From Eledone cirrhosa (taxonomy: Eukaryota), in contig OZ024740.1 of NCBI GenBank assembly GCA_964016885.1, positions 303,614,001-303,678,000 of the forward strand: a DNA stretch of 64,000 nt, in the 5' to 3' direction. Under the pieces are notes generated by a model. The model made no database searches and was not told where the DNA came from. It worked only from the letters and a program-made list of their open reading frames with translations. Shown here one piece after another: positions 12,866 through 29,856 of this stretch. The stretch's first letter is position 1. Every line of letters starts with the position of its first letter. A program made the translations under genes and the position numbers.

Positions 12866-13481
12866 TCATCATCATCATCATCATCAACGTTTAACGTCCG
12901 TGTTCCACGCTTGCATGGGTTTGGACGGGGGTAGTCCCACTTGAGGCAAGAGTGATTGTCTTGCTCGCATAGGACTGTCTGGCAGGTTTTCTACAGTTGG
13001 ATGCCCTTCCTAACACCAACCACATTTACAGTGTGGGTCTGGGAGGTTTTTACCGTGTTGCCTACACGGCCACATTACAGCGTGGACTGTGTGTTTTTTT
13101 GTCGTGACACCTACACGATCTCATTTGTTTCGGCCTGGATGGCGCGGCACCAACATAACTTTACATAGAACGGGGTGGTGTGGATGGGGTGGTGGTGGCG
13201 GGACGGGGTGTATTTTGTTAGAGATGCCTACTGGCAAGGCGGGTCTTCTCTGTTACTGAGTACCGCCAAAGGTCTCGGTCCAGTGACATTGTCTTGGAGA
13301 GGTGTAAGTGTGTGAGGTCGGAGTTTATCAGCTCATCCCATGTTTTTCTAGGTCTGCCTATTCCGTGGCTACCGTCTATCTTTATTGCCCTGCACTTTGT
13401 TATACAGCTATCGACTTTCATGCGCATCACGTGTCCATACCAACGCAGCCTTCTCTCGAGTAAACAACATCTGATCCCTCT
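12866..13481 (-). mobile_element. RTE LINE 3' fragment
   Basis: MRMKVDSCITKCRAIKIDGSHGIGRPRKTWDE; 3' UTR matches the 63120 copy; (GAT)n tail. Confidence 0.85.
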
Positions 13482-13485
13482 TATC

Positions 13486-13529
<44 letters not shown>

Positions 13530-14479
13530 TCAGGATTATCAGTTTTAAACGAGTTTGACCATTTATTCAGCAGATGACTTGATACTTGGGATAGTAGAGT
13601 GTAAATGTATTAGAGAATATATATGTATGGGTGTATACAGTTATATCTGCATATATATATATAGAATAGAAATAATCAAAACTGCATAAAAGTATATACA
13701 AATATACACATTATTAGTATATTGACATATATATTGGCATTTCTAGAGCATTTTTTAAAGCTGGCAGAGTCAATATCCTCTCCAGGTCTGAATACAGCAG
13801 ATTTCTTCCAGAGAAGGAGAGAGAGTGAATGAAAGGAAGTGAGAAAGGGATATAAAGAAAGAATCGACCACAGTATGAGACTGGTACTTTTTGACCCGGA
13901 ATGGATGAAAGGCAAAGTTGATCTGAATAATACTAACAGTAATTCCAACCATAATTCTAACTCTAACCCTAACCTTGATTTTAGATCTCACACTCAACTT
14001 TCGAGATCTTTCTACACCTCTACCTTCACGTAAACAAACAATAAAACACAAAATGTAAACCGTTTTTAAACAAGTTTTATCTCATTTATTGTATTCTCTT
14101 ATAGTCTAGCTTCTCCCCCTCCACTATAGTTTAGTCTTCTTACCTTGCCCTGAACCACACACACTACAGAAAAACTTCACAATCCAATATACATGTGTAA
14201 TTGTGTATATAGATTTGAATATTTTTAGTATATAGAAATATAAATATCCCAAATACATACATACTCTCTCACACACACACACACATGTATATATAGTAAG
14301 AAAAAACGATAAAGTTTCTTTTACATATATTTAGTTTTTTATCGTGTATCAATCTGTGGGATTCGAACTCAGAACGTAAATGGTCGTAACTCTATGCTGC
14401 AAAGCATGTTGTCTGATGCTTTTAATAGATATGGCAGGTTAGCTTGGAATGTTAAACAGATGTGATCACTGAAATTAGT

Positions 14480-14720
14480 GGTGGTAATATCAATAATAGT
14501 TGGAGTCTTGGGAACAATGAATAAAGTACATTAAACAAATAGGGATTGCAATATGGATGCAACACCTACAAAAAAACAGCATTACTTGGAACAGCTCGAA
14601 TACTCCGGGGGGTACTCAAGAAATAAGGGGTGTTACATCAGTTTATAGATAGTGAACAGCTAACACTGTAATACATCTCCAGCATTAGAACCTGAGTGAA
14701 GAAACAATAAAAATAATAAT
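14480..14720 (+). mobile_element. R4/Dong-type (RLE) LINE extreme 3' fragment
   Basis: Translates to IVGVLGT...LQK(T)ALLGTARILRGVL with a short (TAA)-like tail. Confidence 0.6.
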
Positions 14721-14918
14721 TTTTTGCAAATGAATGTAGTAATTTTTCGCTGTAAATTTCCCCAAAACATGGTTGGCCATTATGTTTTACACCACTCTCT
14801 CACCTCTCACTGCCACCTTTGCTGTCACCACCTGTCTGAAAGTTATTATGCATTTCCTGCCCAGGTGAAATGTGGAATGTCTTACCAGATGTTATTCATA
14901 GTATATCAATTATAAATA

Positions 14919-17620
14919 CCAGCAGAAGAACCGACCGAAGGGCGGTTTTCTGCTAGCATATATGGTATGTATATTGATATACGCAAATATATATGCACAT
15001 AGATATAATATGTAAATTGACAATATGCACATAAACTGAACAAAGACTGTGTTACACTTACTTCTGTAATCAGTAAAGAAATCCATGATACATTTTTAAA
15101 AAAGGCGATAATGGAGATGGAAAAGCGATGAAACTGTTGACGGAAAATTTTCATGAATCTTCACTTGAGAATGTCGATGGGAAGCTTCAAGCAGTGAATT
15201 TGAAAATAGATGCTGCTGGTATGAATGAATGAATTACATTTACCAATATGAAGAGTTGACCTTCGCTATATTGTTGTTTTACTGTATTTACATATAGACT
15301 TCTTAAGTGTTTGTAGTGTCTCTTTTCTAGCAGTTAAAAAGAAACTGAAATGCATTTCAACTAAAAGAGAGTGATTTCTGTTTCACATCACTGTAGAATT
15401 TCTTTGTAGACACAGTTGTCAACAAACAGACCCCCTATCATTTAATATTTTTATATTTTCTTTTTTTGTAACTCGTGATAATGCAACATACATCTGACCA
15501 TGTGAGAAGAATTGTGTTGGTAGATATACACCTATCTTTTCAAATATCAGCTCTTGTGCCTTGTTGTATGTAAGGGCAAAGGCTGGTTTGACAGGAAATT
15601 GCTTGCGAGTAAAGGTGAAAGGGAACTCAAGCTCTTGAGATACATGTTTTATCCTTGTGATTAGCAACTTTGTTCCAGCATTGGGACCCAATGCCACCTC
15701 AGCTTCAATTACATGATTATGTAAACTGATGATGATGTAGCGTGTACTATTGCAATGCCCGTTTAGAGGATCGGGATTTCTCAGAAGCATGATGCAACTG
15801 CCTTTCTTCAGTTTAAGTATGTGTGTTGGGAAGCCTGATGGGGAAGTTTGTTGATGAACTCAATTGGATATTGCAGTTCATTATCTACTGTATCAGAGCT
15901 TCTGTAGATTATTTCATGACCAGGGAACTTGTTGACCATGAACTTATTCACCAATCTTGCTGCATCATTTGTTGGAGTGATAATGGCTCTATTTGCAAGC
16001 CATAGTGGGTTTGTGTAGTTTCCTGGAAGATTTGTATACACAAAATAACACAGTTCAGACACATTACCATATTCCAGACAAAGTTCATTTGGCAGAAGAA
16101 TTGTGAATGTACCTACAGTTGGAACAGTTGGAATGTTACCATTTCCCACATCAAGAAGGTAGTTTGCAAACTGTCTTTCATCAGAATCCTCTGCATTAAT
16201 TAACTGTTGATTGGTTGTCATCTCCATGGTTTCCACATAGTCCCAGAGATAGGATCTCTTGAAGGTTGCCTCAACTATTTGTGGTCTAGCACCATGACAT
16301 ACAACTGGAAGAATTTGCTTCCAGTCACCAGATAGTAATACTGTTAGACCACCAAATGGCTTTTTGCAATCTCGAACATCTTTGAAGCTCCTGTCAAGGC
16401 ATTCAAAGATATGCTTATGTCCCATACCTATCTCATCAATGATTAACAGGTCAGCTTACTGTATCATCCCTCTTTGTGAAGAAGCAAGTTGATTCAGCAG
16501 TCACATTGACAGGAATCTTGCACTTGGAATGAAGAGTTCTACCTTTGTGAAGCAAAGTGGCTGCTATTCCAGATATGGCAGTGGCAAGTGCAATTTTTTT
16601 TTTTAGATTGGAGGTAATCCAATAGGATGTTTATGACATAGGTCTTTCCTGTACCTGCACTTGCAGGTACAGAGGTGATTACTTTGTGAAAAATAAGCAG
16701 TTGCTCAGGATTCAATGTTGGCAGAAGTTCATTTATGTTTGCTTGCAGTTGGTGTGTATTGAAATCAGTTTCTGCCATAAGAACCCTGTTGATTTCTGGT
16801 ATGGCAACAATAGTTGGGTCTGGCCAAGGAAGTCCATAGTTGGTATGAATGTCCAAGCAATTATGTTGAAGTCTTTGTTGGATCTTCTGTAGAACAATCT
16901 GCACGGTTTGCATGGACATGACTTGCTCATGACGTTCATGCATGATATCCTCTGCAAGACAATTATTCCATTTCTTCCAGAACTGCAGAGGATCATTTGG
17001 CATGCTGTACAATAAAATGGTGCAGAAGATCTCTCGCAGCTGAGAGCCAAGCGTAATGGATGAGGCCTCTTCCATAGCTTTGTCTTTTTCTCCACCTTCA
17101 TCTAACAGACCAAGTTTTCTGCATACTTCTTGGAATGTTGGAAATTCAACTCCTTCAATTGTCCTCAAATCTTTGTATGAAGTTGACCTACCCTTGTGAT
17201 GTAGGATCATCCTGAGGTAATATAATTCAGATTGATGTCTACTGAGAGATACTGTTGGAATACGTCCAAGAGATTCACTCATAAATTGTTGATCACCATC
17301 CAGATGTCCCTTTTTTCTTCTTTGACACTTTTTGTTTGTCCAAGTGAAATATTTAGGAATATCAATATACAATATGTTTTTTATGCCAGTGGGTCTCTAA
17401 TATTCAGTTGAAAATATTCTGTCAACTTAGTCATTGGCTGTCCCCTAGAAACAATACTGCCACTCTATTGTAGCAGAATGAGCCACAACTTTTCCTAGGA
17501 CATTTTTTTCAGTATGTCATCCATGAGGCTGTCATACTTGATCTTGAAGACTCTTGCACAAATATCAGGAGAGTCTCTAGGTTCTTCACCAGGGTGCAAA
17601 CTATTTTTTATTTCATCCCA
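14919..17620 (-). mobile_element. Decayed Helitron (Rep/PIF1 helicase), copy 1
   Basis: Broken ORFs with ASAGTGKT, LLSGDWKQILPV, FPVKPAFALTYNKAQ and FSHGQMYVALSRV; 3' end is a hairpin followed by CTGG|T at 14919. Confidence 0.9.
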
Positions 17621-17624
17621 GTTA

Positions 17625-18858
17625 TCAGGGGATTTTCGGCAAACACTGCCTGTCATCCCCAAAGGGACAAGAGCTGATGAAGTGCGTGCCTGCCTTAAGT
17701 TGTCCATGTTGTGGCTCCTGGTGAAGAGTTTGTACCTAAGCACAAAAATGCGTGCTCATTTGCATGGTGACATGTCTGCAGCATTTGCTCAGAACATTTT
17801 AGCACTTGGTGAGGGCAAGGTCCCTGCAGATGACAAGGGCAGCATAGCAATTGACTCCCTGTGCAACATTGTGAGCAGCCCTTCTGACCTTTGGGAAGCA
17901 GTGTTTCCTAATGTCTCATCTAACTTTAAAAACCTCGATTGGCTCAGCTAAAGAGCCATCCTTGCTCTGAAAAATACCATGGTTAATTTTATTAACGAGT
18001 AGCTGATTGAGAAGATTCCTGGTAAAGAGCACATCTTCAAATCTATCGACCGGATGTCAGACCCCGACGATATCATTAATTATCCGGTTGAATTATTAAA
18101 TTCCCTTGAGCCCCCAGGGCCCCCACCTCACATTCTTAAACTTAGGGTTGGCTGTCCCATTATGCTAATAAGGAACTTGCATCCACCAAAGCAGTGCAAC
18201 AGTACTCGCATGGTTGTCAAGTCACTGACGCCCCACTTGATTGAGGCCACCATTGTAACGGGGTGCGGGAGAGGGAAGAATGTTTTCATTCCAAGGATGA
18301 ACCTTTTCCCATCGGCGTCAGATATCCAGTTCGATTTCCGGCAATCCCAATTCCCGGTGAGACCATGTTTTGCCATGTCCATTAACAAGCCCCAAGGGCA
18401 AACATTGTCGGTGGGCATCCATTTGGGGGAGCCATGCTTCTCCCATGGCCAACTTTATGTTGCCTGTTCTCGTGTAGGGAGCAGGAATGGACTTTTTGCT
18501 TACACTCCTCAAGGGATGACACGCAATATCGTCTACAAAGAAGTGCTATAGATGTTGGTGCAGGTGCTGGAGCTATGCCATCTGGAAAACTGGTAGGGTC
18601 ACCCATGGCGGACAGATCTGACACCCAGCGGCATCAGGGCCACCATCTTGCAACTTTGGTCTACTAAATTCGCTATTGGAAGATTATTAACCTACCATTG
18701 ATTGTCCAAAATGCTAATTGGTTCGTAACTATTAATAACCGGTTCAACTGCTTTATGCACTTAATTGATAAGCTTATTCGCTTTCGAGCCACGTTTACCT
18801 GTATGTAACTTTTCATAGCAAATGAACAAACCCGAGCAACGCTGGGCTAAATTGCTAG
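17625..18858 (+). mobile_element. 3' part of a second-family Helitron
   Basis: GDFRQTLPV, QFPVRPCFAMSINK and FSHGQLYVACSRV; terminal hairpin cccgagc-aac-gctggg, then CTAG|T at 18855-18859. Confidence 0.9.
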
Positions 18859-19144
18859 TGTATATATATATATATATATATATATAGTGAGAACTGTCAT
18901 TTCACTAGTAATCCTTTTACAAACTGTGACATTGTTAGGAGAGACAGGAACATCATAATTTCTTGTTTTTCTTCCCCTAAATTAATAGGATTAGTCACCC
19001 ATTGATAGATACTTATATAAAATATCAAACGATTGACTCCATTTGTTGCACTGACACTTGTGGTAGTATAAATAAGTATTAAGCCTTTAACATTTTTATA
19101 TTAATATTTATTTCTAAATATCTCTTCACATACCAACCTACCTA

Positions 19145-21100
<1,956 letters not shown>

Positions 21101-21567
21101 AGAGATACAGTTTATAGGTGTGCAAATATGTGTCCATATTCGTTATTTTCTGTTCATTCTTGTTATAATATTGTTTATTATTCATGTGTGTGTGTGTGTG
21201 TGTACATGTGTTTGTATGTGATTATAAAAAGATGTTATAAAAAGATTACAATAGAGTGTTGTTAAAATGAATCTGGTGTGTGCAGTGAATGCAAAGTTGT
21301 TTTCCATTAGTAATGCATATAAATTGTATGGAAGTCATATTGAATGTCTATCTTTTTATTTTACTTCCCTTTATTTCTCCTCCTTTTCTTTCCTGTCTTC
21401 TATCTTCTTCTTTAGTTATTACAGATTCATATCAAACCAGTTAGTGTTTTCTTATTTCCTTCATCTTAAACACTGCAATCTTGTTTCCTCCCGTCCTGCC
21501 AGTCATGTGCGAACTAATTAAAAACTATTGGAGGGCAGCTTGAAGATGCAACATAAGAAGAGGTCTT

Positions 21568-21692
21568 TTATTTCTGGGGGCAACTCAACTCATCACTGCC
21601 ATCTGTACATTCTTTTGTGCCATCACATCTCCAAGACAATGGCACACACTCTGCTATTTGGCTACACTGGAACTGGTGTGATTCACAACGTC
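21568..21692 (-). CDS. LDLa-array gene terminal coding exon (LDLa repeat 8 + stop)
   Basis: tttctag|GA CGT TGT ... CAG AAA TAA; [40 protein letters not shown]; no GT donor between the last Cys and the stop; an AATAAA overlaps the stop codon. Confidence 0.85.
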
Positions 21693-21987
21693 CTAGAAAG
21701 AATATAAAAGAGAGAAGTGTTTCAGTTTTATAGCATAAGTTGTTGTACAAAATGGACATTGAGGGGGAGGGGTGAATAGTGAGTTTAGATTTTTGAACAA
21801 CAACAACAACAACAACAACTTCTGCTGCTGTTGCTACTACTACTACCACTACTACTACTACTATTAATACTACTACTACTAATATGATGACAAGACCTCT
21901 TAACCATCTGGTCATAATTGCAACACCTTAGCCTCACAACCCTTCAGGTTCTGTGATATAAAGGTTTCAAGAAAGATTTTGTCTTAC

Positions 21988-22131
21988 CGTTTCCTAGAAG
22001 AGAAAATGAAGTGTATGTACAGCCCATCTCATCAATGCCAGTCTGACAGTCAGGCTGTTTATCACACTTCCATTGAACTGGAATACATGTGTTGTTGTCA
22101 CATCGGAATTGGTTCTCATTGCAAAGTGACC
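21988..22131 (-). CDS. LDLa-array gene exon (LDLa repeat 7); absent from the ORF track
   Basis: gttatag|GG TCA CTT TGC ... GGA AAC G|gtaaga; 144 nt, phase 1-1; [47 protein letters not shown]. Confidence 0.9.
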
Positions 22132-23000
22132 CTATAACATAAATATATTTAAAGTCTCTTATTTTATTTTGTTATATGTTATACATAAACATATTATGTC
22201 ATCTATATTTTACAGACAGAAGTTATACAATGATGGAAATATTTTATTATCTGTTATACATAAACATATTATGTTAACTATATTTTACAGACAAGAGTTA
22301 TACAATGATGAAAATATAAAAAAAGGATAAAAACAAAATTAAGTAATGAAAAAGAGAGGTAAGGAGTAAAGAAGCGCAGATCTGGTTGTATTGGAAAGTA
22401 AAGGAAAGAACTATAAATTCCATAAATGAGAAGAAAATGAGGGAAAGAGCAAGGACTATTAGGTAATGAGGGAAGAGGAGAAGATGACAGAATCTATGCC
22501 TAGGTCAGGGTGAAATTTCTGCTGAATATAAACATCATCGTCATCATTTAACATTCACTTTCCACATGGGTTAGATGGGTTGTCCTATTTGAGGCAAGTT
22601 GGGTCAGTTGACCGTGTCTTGCTCATATAGAAACATATGATTATCATTTAAGTCAGTAAATAATAAACACTGAAGGGTTAATAAAGTGTGGGGCCATTTT
22701 ATTTAAACAAAGGGTTAATATAGAGTGGGGCACCATTTTATTTAAATAAAGGGTTAATATAGAGTGGGACCATTTTATTCCATTCAAATGTATTTGTCAT
22801 TCCCTGCAAAATGTTCTTTTTTTTTTTTTTTTTTTCAGACTTTATACATAGAGGGCACCATAATCATTTGAGTGCTTAGGACATCAAAAGGGATTTATCT
22901 GGCCCTGGGTACGTTTCTAGCACTCCTTATGCTTTCCACATTAAAGAATCAGCATATTACTCATTGGACATAGCAAATGATACAAATGTGTCTGTGAATG

Positions 23001-23355
23001 TACTCTCGAGTCTCGAATAATGCCTGCCCCCGCTTATTAGTATTTCAGCTCCCCCATCCATTCTTATTCCACCCCTACTGTCGCTTATTATATTTTGCTA
23101 ACCTATCTCTGGTGAAATTTTATTTTAAGTGGTAGCATTCCTGCAACAATTTTCTTTAGACATTAAAAAAAAAACATTACAAGAAATCCTATACGTTATA
23201 AAATAAATAGGATGGGTTAGGGTCCCAATATGTAAACTAAACGACTAATTCTGTTTTTTTTTTAAATATCAAGGGAGACAACCTGGAAAAATTATCGATT
23301 TTCCACCACCACCTTATGCCAACCCCCTGCCCTGATTATTTGGGACCCGCAAGTA
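23001..23355. mobile_element. TA-flanked MITE family; other copies at about 23989-24370, 31293-31641 and 60518-61120
   Basis: tactctcgagtctcgaataa ... ttatttgggacccgcaagta imperfect TIRs with a shared internal sequence; the 60518 copy hosts a piggyBac-like MITE at a TTAA. Confidence 0.7.
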
Positions 23356-26300
23356 AACAGACTTGACATGAACTGGGCAGTCAGAAATGATGTAGTCAGT
23401 TGTCTTATTATAATTATTTGTGGCTACACACTGGTCCTCAGTTCGGACCTTTTGTTTCTGCTTTATCCTTTGAGCTATTGTTGACTTTCACTCTGGCTTG
23501 TATCAAGGCTTGTTCAGGCTGTTGACCAATCCCTGAGACAGGCAAAACTTCAAGTCACAGTAAACCATTTTTATATTAAATTTGACATTTCATACAGTAA
23601 TGAGTCCTTTCATCAGTAAATATTGGTGGTTATTCTTTACTTAACACCCTAACAAGCACATACACACACACACATATACTCACATACCTACACATGCATG
23701 TATGTGTGTGTGTGTGTTTGTATGAGTCCCTCTCTTTATCTCTCTCCTTATTACATGACTAAGTTGTATCTCATTTGCCTTCTAAAGATGACAATTTTAC
23801 TTGTAATAACAACATTGACAATAGCAACAACAACGATGATGATGTCTAAACTTCTCTTTTTCTTTCATTTTATCAGCTGTCACACAAAGACCTTGGAAAG
23901 TCAATTACTTTATCTAAACATAAACAATTTTTTGTCAAACCAGTGACATTTCAGAAAAGCTAATAGTTAATTTTATTTTATTTCTAATTACTCTCAAGTT
24001 CGAAATAACAGGGAGGGTGGGGGTGAATAAGCAGGGGGATGTGGTTGGAAAATCGATAATTTTTCTAGGTTTTCTCTGTTGATTTTTTTTTATCCAGAAT
24101 TAATCGTTTAGTTTACATATTGAGACCTCAACTCATCCTATTTATTTTATAACGTATGAGATTTCTTGCAATGTACTTCTTTTGTAAGGTATAATATTTT
24201 TTAATGTCTAAAGAAAATTAATTGTTACAGAAATGCTACCACTTGAAATAAAATTTCACTGGAGATAGATTAGTAAAATTTAGTAAGTTGGGGGGGGGGG
24301 GGGGGGGGGGGGGGCTCCGAAAAATTGATAAGTGGGGTGAGGAACGAATTCTGAAATTATTTGATGAATCCCACTTCATTATATGGTTTTGGTGGTGGTG
24401 GTGGTGGTGGTGGATTGGCAGTATCGGTAGAGGGTCGGACGCCATGCTTGGCATCATAGAGTTACGGCCCTTTGTGGTCTGAATTCAAATCCTGCCGAGC
24501 TTAACCTTGCTCTCATCCTTACGGGTTTGATAAAATAAAGCACCAGTAGTGCACTGGGGTAATTGGGGGCCTTGTGCCAAAAGTAGAAAACAAGTATATG
24601 ATTTTGGTAGCTTCTATTTGGGTAAGGACTTTGATTTTGTGCCACAATCAAGAATCCTTCAGTTTCAGCTTTGAGTATTGTGCTTCTCAGTCAGTGTTGT
24701 GAATTGCCCTTGTTTACTTCCACTCTGTTCAGCTTGTATAGGCTTTTCTTGTTTTATCATGGCATTTTGTAGTCCTATTTTAAGTTTCAAATGTTAATTT
24801 TGCCTTTCATCCATTTAAGGTCTTTTTCACTTCTTTTCTTTCACTTTCCATCCTTCTCTGGAAGAAATCTTCTGTATTCAGACCTGGAGAGGAGATGGGT
24901 TCTGCCAGGTTTTAAAAAAATGCTCTAGAAACACTATGTCAATATGACACACCTACGATTCCCTCAGGAGTTACAAGTTCATAAAACAATAATTAATACA
25001 TTTTAAGTTTCTCTTTTAGCATTTTCACAATGTCTCTGAATGACATCTGTATTTGTTGACTTCTTTAAAGAGAGAAAGCAATTATTTGCTTGGGTTTTGT
25101 CACTATTTGTATTAGATTTCCATTTTTTTTTTTACATGATATTACTGTAATTCTACAGTGAGTATTTTATAGTCATTTTCTATTTAGATAAAGCACTGAA
25201 ACTAAACACAGAATTACCATTCTACTCCTAATTTATAGGCTCACTCCACATTGCATTTCATGTTTAATTAAAATTTCAGAGTTGTTTTCTCTATTTTTTT
25301 GTCATTTTTTACTTAATTAAAATTTCTTGGCTTACTACATCAAGCCTACTATTGACCATTTTACTATTAAGTTCTCAGGCAGGAGCCATCTGTGATTATG
25401 TTTTTCCCTAGTCATTCTTTTAACTCTAATTTCTAATGAAACACTCTATTTCAATTAATTAATGAAGAATTTTGAGGGATTTACTAAAATGATTAATTAT
25501 TTCATTACTAAGATAGTAACTTAATGTAAGGTTCTTATATAAAATTTTCTTGGAAGATTTTAATTTGATTTAAATTAAAAATCTTTAAAATGAGTAGTTT
25601 TATTCCATTGAACCAGAACTGGTTTGGGCCAGGTTGGTAACTAAAGGGCTAAAATTTTGTAATATTTGAAAGAAAATATCTAAAATAGATTTATTAATCC
25701 AAATGTTTATAGTATCTTTATTATTGGACAGATCATTGTGAAAATTAGCAGTATTAGAGTAAAGACATTAATATTTAATATGATGTAGTCACAGAGCTGT
25801 TTTGTACTTTTCAAGAATGTCTCACAAATGTGGTTTAATTTGGTACAGGAAGTTGAGTTATTTCATAACACCATTCATTCTGTGTTCATTCACAAAAATC
25901 GTATATACTTCTTTAATCACATAAAATTGGCAGTCACAATTAAGCTATGTTTCACTGAGGATACCTAAGGAAACCAAAATATGTTTGAAGTTGTAAAAGT
26001 AAAATCATATAAATTCTTTTTGATCCGAACCTGCCTAAAACTGATTCTGGCTTTATCATACAAAACTAACTATTTTAAAATGTTCATCATCATCATCGTT
26101 TTAACGTCTGCTTTCTCTGCTAACACGGGTAAGATGGGTCTATATAGACCAAGTCAGTACTGAAGTGGAGCCACTGTTCTCCCAGGAAGGCCAGGGATCT
26201 GTGTCTCACTTTATGTATGATCGACACTCCACCAAGTGCACAGGAAACGTTGCCATATCTTTGACACAACTGAGGGTCCTCCCAACCCTTTTGTTTGTCA

Positions 26301-26817
26301 AGATTACTATGACTGGATGCCCTTCCTATCACCAACCACTTGACGGCGTGTACTTGGCATTTATCATGTAGATCACCAACACTAGTGAGGCTGTCATGTC
26401 TTCGACACAACTAAGGGTCCTCTTGACCCTTTGAACGGCAAGCTTTCTGTGGCTGGATGCCCTTCATATTTATATCAAAACATTTTATGTTTATTTTATT
26501 TAAGAAATATTTGTTAAGTGATCATCAAAGATCATCTTACTAATGAAAAAGTTTATATTATTTTCAAAACTAACTAAAATATATATATGGGTGACAAAAG
26601 AGTTAAGGAATTTTCTGTGAATTTTTTTTCTTTTTACTATTAACCTCATCTTTAGAAATGAAAAATCAAAAATATTAATATTTACATAACATTTTACTTG
26701 TTGGTGCGTACATTGTGACAGATTTGACTTGAACTAGGAATCGGTATTTCTTTGAAACATAAAGATGAAGTTAATGTTATTAATGATTGTCTTTTTAACA
26801 TTAGAGTCGTTACTTAC

Positions 26818-26961
26818 AAAATGAAAACGTTGGTGAAAACAAATCCTTTTCACAAATGCTCTCATCACTTCCATCGCGACAATCTGTCTCTTCATCACAT
26901 CGCCAATCTATGGGAATACAGCTTTTGTCTTTGCATGCAAACTGGTTGCTGTTGCACACAG
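26818..26961 (-). CDS. LDLa-array gene exon (LDLa repeat 6)
   Basis: atatag|CT GTG TGC ... TCA TTT T|gtaagt; 144 nt, phase 1-1; [47 protein letters not shown]. Confidence 0.9.
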
Positions 26962-27487
26962 CTATATTTAGAAATAGAGAATAGTAGATGAATCTAGATA
27001 GCATAAAAATCAGAATCACGTTGTTGAAATGTTTTTTTTCTGTTTTTTTTTAAAGTCTAAATTTCAGTTATTGGGAAAGTTTAAGCAAGAGATAAAAAAT
27101 TTTGAAAAAGTTTATTTTTTATTTTTATTAACGACAGTTTTAAAATGGAAAGATTAACCAATTCTGTTTTGTTGCAACTTTCTAACTTTAGTTTTGACAT
27201 CATCATCATCTTGATCATCATTGTTATCGTCATCATCATCATCATCATTTTATGTCTGCTTTTCCATGCTTGCAAGGGTGGGACATCATCATTATCAAAG
27301 CTTTTAACATATTTTTTTCTTGATCTAATGAAATGGATTGGATGTCTTTGCTCTGCACAATATTCCCATTCATCTTGATCCCACATCATTTTGCTTTTCA
27401 GATCTGATTTCACAACTTCTTCCAATGTTGTCCTTGCTCTTCTTTTGGTGTGTGTGTATGTATATATATATATATATATATATATAC

Positions 27488-28043
27488 ATGTCCCATGGTC
27501 GGGTCGTTGGCGACTAAACTGGCAACCCCACCAAGGTTTCTTGGTGAGGAGGGTGACTTTGGACATCCTGCAGGACTAAAAACAAAACCTGTCAAAGGGC
27601 AAAGGAGCTCTTAAGAGTCAATGGCCATCCAAAATCACCGGGAGAGATGACCCCTTAGCCTTTGTCAAGGCAGAATTCTAGGAGAAGGAAAACTCTGATA
27701 TAACACCTGCAACCCTGATGGTATCCAATGATGTTGACTTGTTCTTCTTTTTGGTAAATATCATCTTGGTTAAGAGAGTGGGACTGGCTTTGTGCAGTGC
27801 CTTTGCCCACTATAAAAGCTTCACGGCACAGGCATTGCTTTATATCTGGAGATCTCTCTGCACTTGTCGTCACATGGTACCATGGGCCCAGCACTGTGTC
27901 AATAATTGTCACAAGAGTAGTCTTTGTACCAGAGTTTTCAAGTCGCTGGCTGGACTAAAAAGTCACACTCGTCAGCGCATCGGTAGGGGTTCTCCTACAT
28001 GGATATAAAGTAGTGGCCGTACTTGAAAACGAGTTGGCAGCCA

Positions 28044-28045
<2 letters not shown>
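27488..28045 (+). mobile_element. Probable LINE 5'-UTR-like fragment between (TA)n tracts
   Basis: GC-richer island with ctaggagaaggaaaactctga and actggcaaccccacc motifs resembling RTE-type 5' UTRs; no convincing ORF. Confidence 0.4.
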
Positions 28046-28097
<52 letters not shown>

Positions 28098-28284
28098 CAG
28101 AGAGGGTGTGGTAAGATACCAGGTGGACCATAACGCACCAGAGTACTCAATAGGGTAGTAGAGTGGGTAATAGGAAAAGGGTCAGGATCCTGACGGCTGA
28201 GCTCCGGCAGTTTTGACAGCTAGATCTGTTCGGATCTAGCTGTCGAAACGGCTGGAGCTCAGCCGTCAGGGTCCTGACTCTTTT

Positions 28285-29227
<943 letters not shown>

Positions 29228-29856
29228 TGATGATGATGATGATGAAAAATGGATGTTAAATGGTGATGATAATGATGCTGATGATATATATATTCTCAAC
29301 ATGCATGTGTCTATACAGATTCATTGATTTGTCTTGAATTTGGTACTCAGTTTATATATCCTCAACAATAAACTTACACAGATATTTCATTTATTGGACT
29401 TAAATTTCACTATTTTGATTCACATTACATCACTAAATACTATATCATCTCAGTCATACACAGAGAGTAAACTGATTTCTTCTTCATTAAAGTGTCACTG
29501 GGAGATCGGTAGCCACTGCTTCAGTACTGAGGTGGTCTATATAGACCCATCCAACCCTTGCAGGACAAGCAGATGTTAAAACGACAATGATGATGAGATT
29601 ACAAATGACTACTGAAGCTTACCTTCATAGTCATTAGACCTCCTAGAAATAGTATTCAGAACTTCAATATCCCTTAAATCACACCTTACTCTCTTAAAAT
29701 AAGGAAGGACATATTGGATAATGCAGTTAGAAGAACTTTAAGCATAGAAGGAAATAGGCATAGTTATAATACCTTTGATCATAGTTCTGCCACAGTCAGG
29801 GCTAATTTAAGGCTAAGCAGCAATAGCTACAGAAACAGTAACATTCATTTTCTTAC

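Noticed and set aside
15419-18551. PIF1 helicase ORFs as host genes
   Set aside because: They are frameshifted, multi-copy, linked to Rep motifs and bounded by Helitron termini.
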